From the NCBI GenBank assembly GCA_004551865.1, contig SFPR01000002.1:874-64873 (forward strand): a stretch of 64,000 bases of DNA, written 5' to 3'. This document shows, piece by piece, positions 37,073-46,821 of the stretch. Below the pieces are notes generated by a model that did not search any database, was not told the origin of the DNA, and worked only from the letters and a program-made list of their open reading frames with translations. The stretch is from Bacteroidales bacterium (GTDB taxonomy: Bacteria > Bacteroidota > Bacteroidia > Bacteroidales > P3). The position numbers and the translations under genes are program-made. How positions within the stretch are numbered: position 1 is the stretch's first letter; the number at the start of each line of letters is the position of its first letter.

Positions 37073-38011
37073 ATGAAACAATCTTATTGGGGACACATTG
37101 CAATCATTGCTGTCAATCTTATTTTTGGTTTCAATACGCCTATCACAAAATCGGTTCTCGGTTCTGAGTTTATGATTTCGCCTTTGGCTCTTACGTTTTT
37201 GAGGTTTGCAGGGGCTGCTTCGGTCTTTTGGATTGCGGCTGCTTTGCTAAAAGTTCCCAAAGCCGGCAAAAAAGATATTCTTATAATGATTGTGGCGGCT
37301 TTTCTCGGAATTGCTCTCAATCAGATGAGCTTTGTTGTCGGGCTTTCTTCGACTTCGCCTGTTGATGCTTCGATTGTGGTTACCCTCACGCCTGTTTTGA
37401 CCATGATTGCGGCGGCTTTGTTCCTCAAAGAACCGATTACCGCTCTCAAAGTACTTGGTGTGTTTATCGGTTGTGCGGGAGCAGTGCTTCTCATACTCAC
37501 TTCGGCAAACAATTCGTCGGCAGAGCGTTCATGGGTCGGCAATTTGTTTTGTCTGACAAGCTGCATAGCTTACGCCCTTTACCTTACGCTTTTCAAAAAG
37601 CTCATTTCTCGCAATCACCCTCTCACTCTTATGAAGTGGATGTTCCTTTTCGGCACGATTATGGTGCTTCCGATTTGCTATAAGCCTCTTTCCGAAGTAC
37701 CTTTTGCAAGTCTGCCTGCCGAAATATGGCTCAAACTTGCCTACATTGTGCTTGCTGCCACATTCGTAACCTATCTTCTTATCCCTGTCGGACAAGTTCG
37801 TCTTCGTCCTACCACGCTTTCGATGTACAACTACTTGCAACCGATTGTTACAACGCTTGTTGCAGTCTTTATGGGTATGGATACTTTCGGCTGGCACAAG
37901 GCTTTGGCGGCAGGATTGGTCTTTTTGGGAGTGTATGTGGTAACTCAAAGCAAGTCGAGACAGCAAATCGAAAACGAAAAACGCCTCAAAGAAAAAAGCA
38001 ATCAGCTTTGA
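37073..38011 (+). CDS. DMT-superfamily (EamA) transporter
   Basis: About 312 aa with 10 predicted TM helices in two EamA-like halves. Confidence 0.85.
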   Translation: MKQSYWGHIAIIAVNLIFGFNTPITKSVLGSEFMISPLALTFLRFAGAASVFWIAAALLKVPKAGKKDILIMIVAAFLGIALNQMSFVVGLSSTSPVDASIVVTLTPVLTMIAAALFLKEPITALKVLGVFIGCAGAVLLILTSANNSSAERSWVGNLFCLTSCIAYALYLTLFKKLISRNHPLTLMKWMFLFGTIMVLPICYKPLSEVPFASLPAEIWLKLAYIVLAATFVTYLLIPVGQVRLRPTTLSMYNYLQPIVTTLVAVFMGMDTFGWHKALAAGLVFLGVYVVTQSKSRQQIENEKRLKEKSNQL

Positions 38012-38141
38012 GAGATTAAGTATTCAAGACAAAACCACAAGCGTTGCAGTACTTTTGACTTCTATTTGCCAAACTACCGCAACGCTTTGTGGTAAAAAAG
38101 GAGTATTTCACCAAAGTACTCCTCAGAAAATCTTTGTTGAA

Positions 38142-39458
38142 CTATATTGTTTCGCCAAAAAGGGTTGCAGAAGTACACTCTGTAACTCTCACCTTCACAT
38201 AATCGCCCTGTCGAAAGTCTTTTCGGTCAAAGATAATGACTTTGTTTTGAGAGTTTCTGCCGAAAAGCTGGCTCGATTTCCTTTTTGATTCTCCCTCAAC
38301 AAGCACCTCAAACACCTTTCCCACGTCTTGTTTGTTGCTTTCCAAAGACAGCTCTCTTTGAAGGTCGATTATCTGTTCCAAACGTCTTGTTTTCTCTTGG
38401 TAAGGTATGTCGTCCTCATATTTTTTTGCCGCAAGGGTGTTGGAACGCTGCGAATAGTTGAACATAAAAGCCGAATCATACTTGGCATAACGCATCATCG
38501 ACAAAGTATCCTCATGATCTTCCAAAGTCTCGGTGCAAAATCCTGCAATAATGTCGGTAGATAGTCCGCAATCGGGAATAGTTTTCCTTATCGCATCAAT
38601 CTTTTGCATATAATCTTCCCTTGTATATTTGCGATTCATCAGCTTTAACATACGACTGCTGCCCGATTGAAGCGGAAGATGTATGAATTTGCATATATTA
38701 TCGTACTTTGCGATTGTGTCAAGCAGCTTTTGAGACATATCTTTCGGGTGAGATGTCGAAAATCTTACTCTGAGCAAAGGGTCAATCTGAGCAACCATTT
38801 CCATGAGGCAGGCAAAATCGACTTCATCTTCACGACCTTTGTTCCAAATATAAGAATTGACATTCTGCCCCAAAAGAGTTACTTCTCTGAAACCCCTGCC
38901 GAACAAATCCTTTGCCTCATCGACTATCGTCTTTGGGTCTCTGCTTCTTTCGCGTCCGCGAGTGTATGGCACAACACAGTAAGAACAAAAATTCTCACAG
39001 CCTCTCATGATTGAGATAAAGGCAGTTACTCCGTTGGAATGCAGTTTTACGGGATTGATGTCCGAATAAGTCTCGTCGGTTGAAAGTTCTACCGAAATGC
39101 CGGGCTGATTGTCCGCTTGCAAAAGAAGAGAAGGAATATCTCTGTAAGAATCGGGACCGACAACAAGATTAACCTTACACTCTTCAACAAGAAGGGTTTG
39201 CAGTCTTTCTGCCATACAACCGAGTACTCCGACTTTCAGCCATGGTTTTTTCTTTCTCAGAGAGTCAAACTCGACAAGACGTTTCTTCACTCTCTGCTCT
39301 GCGTTCTCTCTTATCGAACAAGTGTTCACAAAAATAATGTCTGCTTCATACACATCGTCGGTAAGCTCATATCCTTCTTTTTTTACTATTGCTCCTACGA
39401 CCTCGCTGTCGGCTGCATTCATTTGACAGCCGTATGTTTCAATATATACTTTCTTCAT
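38142..39458 (-). CDS. miaB: tRNA-i6A37 methylthiotransferase
   Basis: 438 aa starting MKKVYIETYGCQMN, with the radical-SAM motif CENFCSYCVVP and a C-terminal TRAM domain. Confidence 0.95.
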   Translation of the reverse strand: MKKVYIETYGCQMNAADSEVVGAIVKKEGYELTDDVYEADIIFVNTCSIRENAEQRVKKRLVEFDSLRKKKPWLKVGVLGCMAERLQTLLVEECKVNLVVGPDSYRDIPSLLLQADNQPGISVELSTDETYSDINPVKLHSNGVTAFISIMRGCENFCSYCVVPYTRGRERSRDPKTIVDEAKDLFGRGFREVTLLGQNVNSYIWNKGREDEVDFACLMEMVAQIDPLLRVRFSTSHPKDMSQKLLDTIAKYDNICKFIHLPLQSGSSRMLKLMNRKYTREDYMQKIDAIRKTIPDCGLSTDIIAGFCTETLEDHEDTLSMMRYAKYDSAFMFNYSQRSNTLAAKKYEDDIPYQEKTRRLEQIIDLQRELSLESNKQDVGKVFEVLVEGESKRKSSQLFGRNSQNKVIIFDRKDFRQGDYVKVRVTECTSATLFGETI

Positions 39459-39467
39459 CTTTTGCTA

Positions 39468-40157
39468 TCAGGCGTATTTCTCTATTATCAAATCAACCAC
39501 TTCTTTCACTCCCTCGGTTGCTTTCTTCTTCACAAAGTGTATTCCTTTGAGACTTGCATTTGGTTCTTTCGGATCTACAAGATATTTGTCGCAATCGCTC
39601 TTTGCATAACCCAACAAACCTGCCGCAGGATACACATTGAGACTTGTGCCTACAACAATCATTATATCGGCTCTCTGACACAGCTCGGCAGCAGGAACAA
39701 TGTTGGGAACAGCTTCTCCAAACCACACTATGAAAGGTCTTAAAGGCTTTCCGAAACTGTCAATCATGTCTTTTGTCTGCTCCCAACCCGAAAGGGTTAC
39801 GACCTCTTCGGGATTGGTTTGGCTGACAAGTTTTCTTGCCTCGCCATGAAGGTGAAGCACATTGCTGCTTCCTGCTCTCTCATGCAAATCGTCAATATTC
39901 TGAGTTACCACATCGACCCTGAAATTCTCTTCAAGCCTTACAAGTTGTTTGTGAGCTTCGTTTGGCGAAGTTTCCAAAATCTCTTTTCTTCTTTGATTGT
40001 AGAACTCTCTTACCAAGTCGGGATTTCTCAACCACGCATCGTAAGTTGCCACATCTTCAACTCGATAATTCTCCCACAAGCCGTCAGAGTCTCTGAAAGT
40101 CTTTATGCCACTTTCGGCACTTATTCCCGCACCGGTAAGAACAACTATTCTTTTCAT
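39468..40157 (-). CDS. cobB: NAD-dependent protein deacylase (Sir2 family)
   Basis: ATG at 40157 (the track start is a TTG). Motifs are GAGISAESGI, TQNIDDLHERAG, HLHG and GTSLNVYPAA. Confidence 0.9.
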   Translation of the reverse strand: MKRIVVLTGAGISAESGIKTFRDSDGLWENYRVEDVATYDAWLRNPDLVREFYNQRRKEILETSPNEAHKQLVRLEENFRVDVVTQNIDDLHERAGSSNVLHLHGEARKLVSQTNPEEVVTLSGWEQTKDMIDSFGKPLRPFIVWFGEAVPNIVPAAELCQRADIMIVVGTSLNVYPAAGLLGYAKSDCDKYLVDPKEPNASLKGIHFVKKKATEGVKEVVDLIIEKYA

Positions 40158-40166
40158 GCCAACCAA

Positions 40167-40898
40167 TTATATGTTTTCAGTATGCTTCTTTATTATCTTT
40201 TCACTCAAGATTTCGTAAATCTCTCTTTCGTCTTGCGAAAGTCTTTCCTTGTGCTGACGCATTATCTCATGCTCTTTGCGGAATGCAGGACCGGTTTGAA
40301 TGCTGAAAGGGTCAAATTGCTTTGCTCTTTCCAAAGTTGCGTCCAACAAAGGGAACAAAATCGAAAAAGGAATGTCGTCTTTTTGCAATAATTCCCTTGC
40401 TATTCCGAACAAATGGTTGGGAAAGTTGTTGCAAAACACGGCTGCAAGGTGCAGAGTTTTGCGTTGCTCGTCCGAAAGTTCGTAATGTAGGTTTGAAAGC
40501 TGCAAGGCAAGCTCTCCGAGTTGCTTTCTCACCTTTTCATTGTTGCCGTAAGTACAAAGAGGAAGTGTGTTGTAGTCAGTTTCTTTTCCTTTTTTCAAGG
40601 TTTGAAGCGGATAGAGACTTCCGTAAGCTCCGCTTTCGGCACTTTGCAGGCAGTCTGTGGAAACAAATCCCGAGGTGTGAACAAGCAAACCTTTCATTCC
40701 TTTGAGCTTTTGAGCCACTTCGGCTATTGCCTCGTCTTTTACGGCAATGATTACCAAGTCTGCCTCAAAGCAAATCGGAGCAAGAGTCTCACGAGGCGAG
40801 ACCACACAACACGAAAAGCCCTTTTGAGTAAAAAGTTTCTCGTAATGCCATGCCACGTTTCCCCTGCCCACAATGCAAACTCTCTCTATCGCTTTCAT
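40167..40898 (-). CDS. Rossmann-fold protein with a DUF2520-like C-terminal domain
   Basis: ATG at 40898. N-terminal VCIVGRGNVAWHY dinucleotide-binding motif. The family assignment is from memory. Confidence 0.6.
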   Translation of the reverse strand: MKAIERVCIVGRGNVAWHYEKLFTQKGFSCCVVSPRETLAPICFEADLVIIAVKDEAIAEVAQKLKGMKGLLVHTSGFVSTDCLQSAESGAYGSLYPLQTLKKGKETDYNTLPLCTYGNNEKVRKQLGELALQLSNLHYELSDEQRKTLHLAAVFCNNFPNHLFGIARELLQKDDIPFSILFPLLDATLERAKQFDPFSIQTGPAFRKEHEIMRQHKERLSQDEREIYEILSEKIIKKHTENI

Positions 40899-40904
40899 CA
40901 AAAC

Positions 40905-42437
40905 CTACAAATTGATTTTCTCTATCGCAACTCTTATTCTTCTCAAAGCCTCCTGCTTTCCCAAAACGGCAAACACATCAAGCATTCCGCAGCCTCGGGT
41001 GTCTCCAACAATGGCAAGACGAATCGAATTCATAATCTGACCCATGTTGAGTTCGTTTTCCTTGATGTAATTCATGAGAAACTCTTCCGCCTTCTCTGCC
41101 CAATCTTTATTGTCTTCAATTTCTTCAAGACAAGCGACTATTGCGGTCAATCTTTCTCCCGTTCCCTCTTTCCAACGCTTCTTCAAGGCTTTCTCGGCAT
41201 AGTCTTTTGGTGCAACAAAGAAGTAATCGCCGTTGTCCCACAGCTCTTTTGCAAACGAACATCTCTCTTTTATCAATCCCACAACCCTTTCGGCATAGTC
41301 GATAGTGCTGTCTATTCCTCTTTGTTTCAAGTCTGACAAAAACTGCTCTGCCAAAGTGTGATTATCGACCGTCTGAAGATATTGGTGATTGAACCATTTG
41401 GCTTTTTCGAGGTCAAATCTTGCACCATGTTTGCTTATTCTCTCGATTGAGAACGCACTTACAAGCTCTTCCAAGGTGAATATTTCTTGTTCTGTTCCCG
41501 AGTTCCAACCCAAAAGTGCCAACATATTCACCACAGCCTGCGGCAAATAGCCGCTTTCTCTGTATCCAGACGAAATTTCTCCCGTTTTTGGGTCTTTCCA
41601 TTGAAGAGGGAAAACAGGGAAACCAAGTCTGTCTCCGTCTCTTTTTGAAAGTTTTCCGCTGCCTTCGGGTTTCAAAAGAAGAGGAAGGTGTGCAAACTCG
41701 GGCATTGTTGCTTCCCAGCCAAAAGCTCGGTAAAGCATCACGTGCAAAGGGCAGGAAGGCAGCCACTCTTCGCCTCTTATCACATGAGATATTTGCATCA
41801 AGTGGTCATCAACAATGTTTGCAAGGTGATAAGTAGGCATTCCGTCCGACTTATACAGCACCTTGTCGTCCAAAAGAGAAGAGTTCATCTTGACATGTCC
41901 CCTTATCAGGTCGTCAAACTCAATCAATTCATCTTTGGGAAAACGAAAGCGTATCACATAAGGCTCTTGCGAAGAGAGCAAACGCTCAACCTCCTGCTCA
42001 GAGAGCGAAAGAGAGTTTCGCAAACCCTCTCTTGTGGTACAATCATATTGAAAGGTCTTCTTCTCTGCTTCGGCTTGCTTTCGTTTTGCGTCAAGTTCTT
42101 CGGGTGTATCGAAAGCATAGTATGCCCAACCCTTTTCCACAAGCTCCAAGGCATACTGTTTGTAGATTGGTTTACGCTCCGACTGCTTGTAGGGACCAAA
42201 ATCGCCCCCTATTCCCTGACCTTCATCAAACGACAAGCCGAGCCACTTGAAAGACTCTATGATATAATCTTCCGCACCCTCAACAAAGCGAGTACGATCG
42301 GTATCTTCAATTCTCAAAATAAAATCTCCGCCGTGCTTTTTGGCAAAAAGATAATTGTACAAAGCCGTCCTGACGCCCCCAATGTGCAAAGGACCTGTCG
42401 GACTTGGAGCAAATCTCACTCTTACTCTTCTTTCCAT
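40905..42437 (-). CDS. gltX: glutamate--tRNA ligase
   Basis: The ATG at 42437 gives [30 protein letters not shown] (HIGH motif). KLSKR is also present. The -7 box at 42471 lies inside the longer ORF. Confidence 0.93.
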   Translation of the reverse strand: MERRVRVRFAPSPTGPLHIGGVRTALYNYLFAKKHGGDFILRIEDTDRTRFVEGAEDYIIESFKWLGLSFDEGQGIGGDFGPYKQSERKPIYKQYALELVEKGWAYYAFDTPEELDAKRKQAEAEKKTFQYDCTTREGLRNSLSLSEQEVERLLSSQEPYVIRFRFPKDELIEFDDLIRGHVKMNSSLLDDKVLYKSDGMPTYHLANIVDDHLMQISHVIRGEEWLPSCPLHVMLYRAFGWEATMPEFAHLPLLLKPEGSGKLSKRDGDRLGFPVFPLQWKDPKTGEISSGYRESGYLPQAVVNMLALLGWNSGTEQEIFTLEELVSAFSIERISKHGARFDLEKAKWFNHQYLQTVDNHTLAEQFLSDLKQRGIDSTIDYAERVVGLIKERCSFAKELWDNGDYFFVAPKDYAEKALKKRWKEGTGERLTAIVACLEEIEDNKDWAEKAEEFLMNYIKENELNMGQIMNSIRLAIVGDTRGCGMLDVFAVLGKQEALRRIRVAIEKINL

Positions 42438-42470
42438 CGTTGCTATATTATATATTGTATAATCCGATTG

Positions 42471-42478
42471 CAAAGGTA
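42471..42478 (-). promoter_or_regulatory. -7 box TACCTTTG (minus strand) upstream of gltX
   Basis: CAAAGGTA on the plus strand, 34 nt upstream of the ATG at 42437. Confidence 0.5.
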
Positions 42479-42714
42479 CAACTTTTCTTCCGCCTACGCA
42501 AAGAATTTCTTTCTGCATACAACAGACTTTTTTGCAGGTTTAATGCCATAAAATCAACATTTGGGGTTATTGTTTTCGGGAACAGGATTATAAAATTAAA
42601 GTGTTGTTATGCTAAATTGGGGATTGGACAAAGTGTTAAGCTGTGAAATTCATCGGAGTTTTGATGTATTTTGAGCAAAATCGTGGAGTTTTTGAGCAAA
42701 TGTAGGAGTTTGAT

Positions 42715-42960
42715 TGAAAGAAATCGCCGCCTTTTCACAAAAAATCGCCACTTTTTTGGGAAAAACCGCCGCTATTTTTCAAAAAAGTCGGCGTTTTGAA
42801 AGGAACAAAACGGCGTTTCAAAACGACAAAACGCCGTTTTATTTTTGCAAATCGGCGTTTTGTCGGCTCGAAACGCCACAAAAGAGCATTTTGTCGGCGT
42901 TTTATTTGGGCAATTCTTGCAGACAGAGTAAGGAAAGGCGAAAAAATCGCCTTATTTCGA
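42715..42960. repeat. dense block of alternating GCCGTTTT / AAAACGGC bricks
   Basis: AATCGCCGCCTTTT, AATCGCCACTTTTTT, ACCGCCGCTATTTTT, GTCGGCGTTTTG, AAAACGGCGTTTC, AAAACGCCGTTTTATTTTT, ATCGGCGTTTTGTCGG, GTCGGCGTTTTATTT and AATCGCCTTATTT were read in series. Confidence 0.8.
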
Positions 42961-43236
42961 GCTTAAAATCTGCCAAATGTTAATTCTTTTGCATCTAAAA
43001 CCTTAATGTGTTTTAATTATTGCCGGAAAGAAGCCTTGCTTCCTTCTGTTTTTTCACAATCAAAAGTTTGTAGTCTGCCGAAAAATGCCTCTGCGGAAAA
43101 GCAAAGTCGCAAAGCAGCGTTCCAAAACTCTCTTACCATATATAGAAACTTGAATATGGGTGGTTTTGATACTTTTTGCGATAAATTTTCGTTTGACATT
43201 ATGGTGGTCGGTTGCACAAGATATGTTGTCAAAAAG

Positions 43237-44268
43237 ATGAAAACAAGGTGTAGTTCTGAAAGAATATGGATTGTTGCGGTACTTGTGTTGTTTGTTTGCT
43301 GCACAAAGTCTCCAAAGCAGGAGCATTACGGAGTGTCAATTTCGGCTCCGAGTGTTGCGGAGGCTTCTTGCGAGACTTTTTCTGCACAAGAACTTGCCTT
43401 GCTCAGGCTTTCCAACGGCTGGACTTTCGATTTGCTCGGCAAAGTGTGCCAAAACGACAGCACATTTTCCAATATCGTCTTTTCGCCTCTGCTTCTGACA
43501 GAAGAATTGCACGCTTGTGAGTACGAAAGAGCCTATGTTGAAGCTCTATTTGCCTTTTGCAATTTGGAGGATACTTCTTTTGAAACAATAAGAGCAAATT
43601 TTAATTCGATAAAGCAACGTTTGAGCGAAATGGATTCTTCTTTTGCCATGAGTTCTTCGCTTGACAGTTCGGACAAAGGAGGTTTTGTCATTTGCCAATC
43701 GGCACGCATGGGTTTATTGAGGGAAGATGCCGCAAAAACAAGCCGACATACTTTTTCGCCTTGCAATGGAAATGAACGCCTTTGCGAGTTTTTTAACCTG
43801 AGCGGAAGTTTCAAAACCTTTGAATCGGAAAACGAATTTGCAACAGACATTCCCATCGGAAACGGAAGCTGTTCTCTTTTGCTGGTTAGACCTGCGGGAA
43901 ACAGGATAAGAGAATATGTGGCAACATTTTCCGAAAAGCAATATGTGGAAGTTGTAAAACACTTGGAAGAAAGAAAACTAAGCGTGAGATTTCCCGACTT
44001 TGAGAGATTTGTTTCAAAACAGAGGCTTCTGCTACCCGAAATACAGACCGCCGACACCCTCTTTCACTCTCGTGAAGTAATGACAGACTGTCAATTCTCG
44101 CTTTTCAAGCCCACCGAAGCCGTATTGCAATCGTTGGGGAAGTCGTTAGAAGACAAAATTTTGAACTCCGAGAAAGGCGAAACGGCAACTTTCGACACCC
44201 CTTTCCTTTTCTTTGTAAGAGAAATAGCCTCTGGAGCAATCCTTTTGGCAGGTATCTGTTGCGAATAA
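43237..44268 (+). CDS. serpin-like lipoprotein (apparently lacking a reactive-centre loop)
   Basis: The ATG at 43237 gives MKTRCSSERIWIVAVLVLFVCC (lipobox). Serpin landmarks are NIVFSPLL, LSVRFPDFE, and the hinge-like EKGETAT running directly into FDTPFLFFVRE...GAILLAG. Confidence 0.55.
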   Translation: MKTRCSSERIWIVAVLVLFVCCTKSPKQEHYGVSISAPSVAEASCETFSAQELALLRLSNGWTFDLLGKVCQNDSTFSNIVFSPLLLTEELHACEYERAYVEALFAFCNLEDTSFETIRANFNSIKQRLSEMDSSFAMSSSLDSSDKGGFVICQSARMGLLREDAAKTSRHTFSPCNGNERLCEFFNLSGSFKTFESENEFATDIPIGNGSCSLLLVRPAGNRIREYVATFSEKQYVEVVKHLEERKLSVRFPDFERFVSKQRLLLPEIQTADTLFHSREVMTDCQFSLFKPTEAVLQSLGKSLEDKILNSEKGETATFDTPFLFFVREIASGAILLAGICCE

Positions 44269-44395
44269 GTCGTTTGTCTGATTTTCAAGCAAATATATTA
44301 CAAATAAACCCCCTTTCGGCTTGGATTGTTCGATATATTGACAAAAAAAATCGGAAAATTCTTGATAAAAACTTTGCTTGCATAAAAAAAATAGT

Positions 44396-44403
44396 TACCT
44401 TTG
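44396..44403 (+). promoter_or_regulatory. -7 box TACCTTTG upstream of the EF-G paralog
   Basis: Exact TAnnTTTG, 49 nt upstream of the ATG at 44452. Confidence 0.5.
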
Positions 44404-44451
44404 TCCCTATGAAGTAAACACTTTTACTAACTTTCAAAACCAAACGGGAGT

Positions 44452-46590
44452 ATGAAAATTTATCACAGTTCAGAAATCAAGAACATTGCCCTCATGGGAG
44501 GAGCAAAGTCAGGAAAGACTACCTTGGCAGAAGCCATGTCTTTCGAAGGAAAAGTAATCAATCGCAGAGGTACGGTTGAAGAATCCAACACCATATCAGA
44601 CTATCGAGAGATTGAAACAGAGAGAAAAGGTTCTGTTTTTTCAAGTCTTTTGTATTCGGAGTACAATAACAAGAAGATAAACATAATTGACGTACCCGGA
44701 TATTCCGATTACCAAGGAGAGTTGGTCGCAGCCCTACATGCAGTTGAAACAGCTGTTGTTGTGATAAATTCACAGATAGGTGTGGAAGTCGGAACAGAGA
44801 TTGCGTTCAGACACACCGGCAGATTGGCAATTCCTCTTATGTTTGCAATGAACCAACTCGACCACGAAAAATCCAACTTTGACGAACAAGTAAGAGAATT
44901 GAAAGAGTTTTTCGGCGAAAAGATAACAATAGTTCAATATCCTGTCAATCAGGGACCGGGATTTAATTGTTTCATCGACTTGATTATGCAAAAGATGTAC
45001 AAATATCCCGCAGGGGGAGGCAAACCCGAGATTTTGGACATTCCGGCAGAAGAGAAAGAAAAGGCAGAGCAACTTCGCCTTGCATTGGTCGAGAATGCAG
45101 CGGCAGGCTCCGACGATTTGATGGAAAAATACTTCGACAATGGAGACTTGGCAATCGATGAAGTACGTCGAGGCTTGAAACTCTCGATAGCATCTCGCAA
45201 CGTGTTCCCTATATTGTGCGTTTCGGCAAAAGAAAACATAGGTGTGGGAAGATTGTTGGAGTTCATAACCTTCAATGTCCCTTCACCAACAGACGCACTT
45301 CACACAAAAACGCTCGTTTCAGGCGAAAAAATAACATACGATGAAGCCTCGCCAACAACCCTCTTCGTTTTCAAGACCGCAAACGAAACACACGTGGGAG
45401 ATATTACCTACATGAAAGTCATGAGCGGCGAACTGACCGAAGGAATGGACATTGTAAACTCCACAAACGAAGCAAAAGAAAGAATTGCCCAAATATTCGT
45501 AAACTCAGGCAAGACAAGAACAAAGATAGAAAAAGCATCGGCAGGAGATATTGTCTCAACAATCAAGTTGAAGAGCGTTTCGACAAACGACACCCTCACT
45601 TCAACCAAAAATCTCGGAGACAAACTCAACGAAATCAAGTTCCCCGAACCTGTATATTCGACAGCCGTCAGAGCAATCGACTCTTCCGACGAAGAAAAAC
45701 TCGGAGCCGCATTGAACGAATACACATCGAACGACTGCTCAATGAAAGTTGAGATTGCAAGAGAGTTGAAACAGACGATAGTAAGGGCAATGGGCGAATA
45801 CCATATCAACACTTTGAAATGGTATTTGGACAATGTTTACAAAATACCCGTTGAATTTTTCGCTCCGAAGATACCTTACAGAGAAACAATCACCAAAAGT
45901 GCCGAAGCATCTTATCGTCATAAGAAACAATCAGGCGGTGCAGGTCAGTTCGGAGAGGTATATATGATGATAGAGCCTTATTATGAAGGCATGGAACAAC
46001 AAAAGAAATATCCGATACGAAACACCGAGACAGTAGAATTGGCTTGGGGCGGAAAATTAGTGTTCAACACCTGTATAGTTGGCGGGGCTATTGACGCAAG
46101 ATTTATGCCTGCAATACTAAAAGGTATAATGGAAAAAATGGAAGAAGGACCTTTGACAGGCTCTTACGCAAGAGACATAGTCGTAAACGTGTTTGACGGA
46201 AAGATGCACCCTGTTGATAGTAACGAAATGGCTTTCAAACTTGCGGGACGTAACGCTTTCAAAGAAGCATTCAAGAATGCAGGACCAAAAATCCTCGAAC
46301 CTATATACGATATTGAGATTACAGTACCGTCAGAGCTTATGGGAGGCGTCATGACCGACCTTCAAAGCCGTCGTGCAGTCGTTATGGGAATGGATTCTGA
46401 GGGAATGAACACCATAATCAAAGCAAAGATACCGCTTGCCGAAACTTACCGCTACTCGACAGCCCTTTCGTCTATCACTTCGGGCAGAGCAGTTTTTGCA
46501 ATGCAGTTCTCCGAATATGAAGCAGTTCCTTCAGATGTTCAATCAAAGCTCTTGAAAGCATACGAAGAACAAACCAAAGACGAAGAATAG
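44452..46590 (+). CDS. elongation factor G paralog with divergent GTPase motifs (EF-G2-like)
   Basis: 712 aa with EF-G five-domain length and C-terminal similarity. G1 is GGAKSGKT, G3 is DVPGY (Tyr in place of the catalytic His of DTPGH), and G4 is NQLD (instead of NKxD). It stands alone and is not in a str operon. Confidence 0.85.
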   Translation: MKIYHSSEIKNIALMGGAKSGKTTLAEAMSFEGKVINRRGTVEESNTISDYREIETERKGSVFSSLLYSEYNNKKINIIDVPGYSDYQGELVAALHAVETAVVVINSQIGVEVGTEIAFRHTGRLAIPLMFAMNQLDHEKSNFDEQVRELKEFFGEKITIVQYPVNQGPGFNCFIDLIMQKMYKYPAGGGKPEILDIPAEEKEKAEQLRLALVENAAAGSDDLMEKYFDNGDLAIDEVRRGLKLSIASRNVFPILCVSAKENIGVGRLLEFITFNVPSPTDALHTKTLVSGEKITYDEASPTTLFVFKTANETHVGDITYMKVMSGELTEGMDIVNSTNEAKERIAQIFVNSGKTRTKIEKASAGDIVSTIKLKSVSTNDTLTSTKNLGDKLNEIKFPEPVYSTAVRAIDSSDEEKLGAALNEYTSNDCSMKVEIARELKQTIVRAMGEYHINTLKWYLDNVYKIPVEFFAPKIPYRETITKSAEASYRHKKQSGGAGQFGEVYMMIEPYYEGMEQQKKYPIRNTETVELAWGGKLVFNTCIVGGAIDARFMPAILKGIMEKMEEGPLTGSYARDIVVNVFDGKMHPVDSNEMAFKLAGRNAFKEAFKNAGPKILEPIYDIEITVPSELMGGVMTDLQSRRAVVMGMDSEGMNTIIKAKIPLAETYRYSTALSSITSGRAVFAMQFSEYEAVPSDVQSKLLKAYEEQTKDEE

Positions 46591-46631
46591 AACAAGAAAC
46601 TTTGTTGTTTATCATATTGATTATTTTTTTC

Positions 46632-46666
46632 GGCGTTTTGTTTCGGCAAAACGCCGTTTTGTTTTC
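46632..46666 (+). terminator. Rho-independent terminator CGGCGTTTTG-tttcgg-CAAAACGCCG followed by TTTTGTTTT
   Basis: 10-bp perfect stem plus a T-tract, 42 nt after the EF-G paralog stop. Confidence 0.8.
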
Positions 46667-46821
46667 TGCTTGCTTCTTGTTAGCTGCTTTTTACGCCTTC
46701 TTCGGAGAATATTTCAAGGTTTCGGGCTGCAAAAATAGGATAAATCATTCCTAAACCCTTTGATTTTCTGCAATCTGATAGCAAGAAAAAAACTTGTTTT
46801 CAGCCCTTGCCGCAGCAAGTG

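Noticed and set aside
41688-42551. A 287-aa plus-strand ORF, together with similar long antisense ORFs at 40521..41336, 20387..21100, 27876..28529, 39117..39743 and 49513..50211
   Set aside because: Each lies opposite a confidently identified gene (gltX, the DUF2520 protein, parC, the paralog gene, miaB/cobB, the MORN protein). None has recognisable motifs, and many begin at TTG or GTG in the ORF track.
42714-42983. An 89-aa ORF (…FQKSRRFERNKTAFQNDKTPFYF…), and similar ORFs at 50547..50777, 18475..18714 and 18524..18907
   Set aside because: These are translations of the GCCGTTTT/AAAACGGC repeat bricks. The same peptide-like strings appear wherever the repeat occurs, in both orientations, so they are not credible genes.
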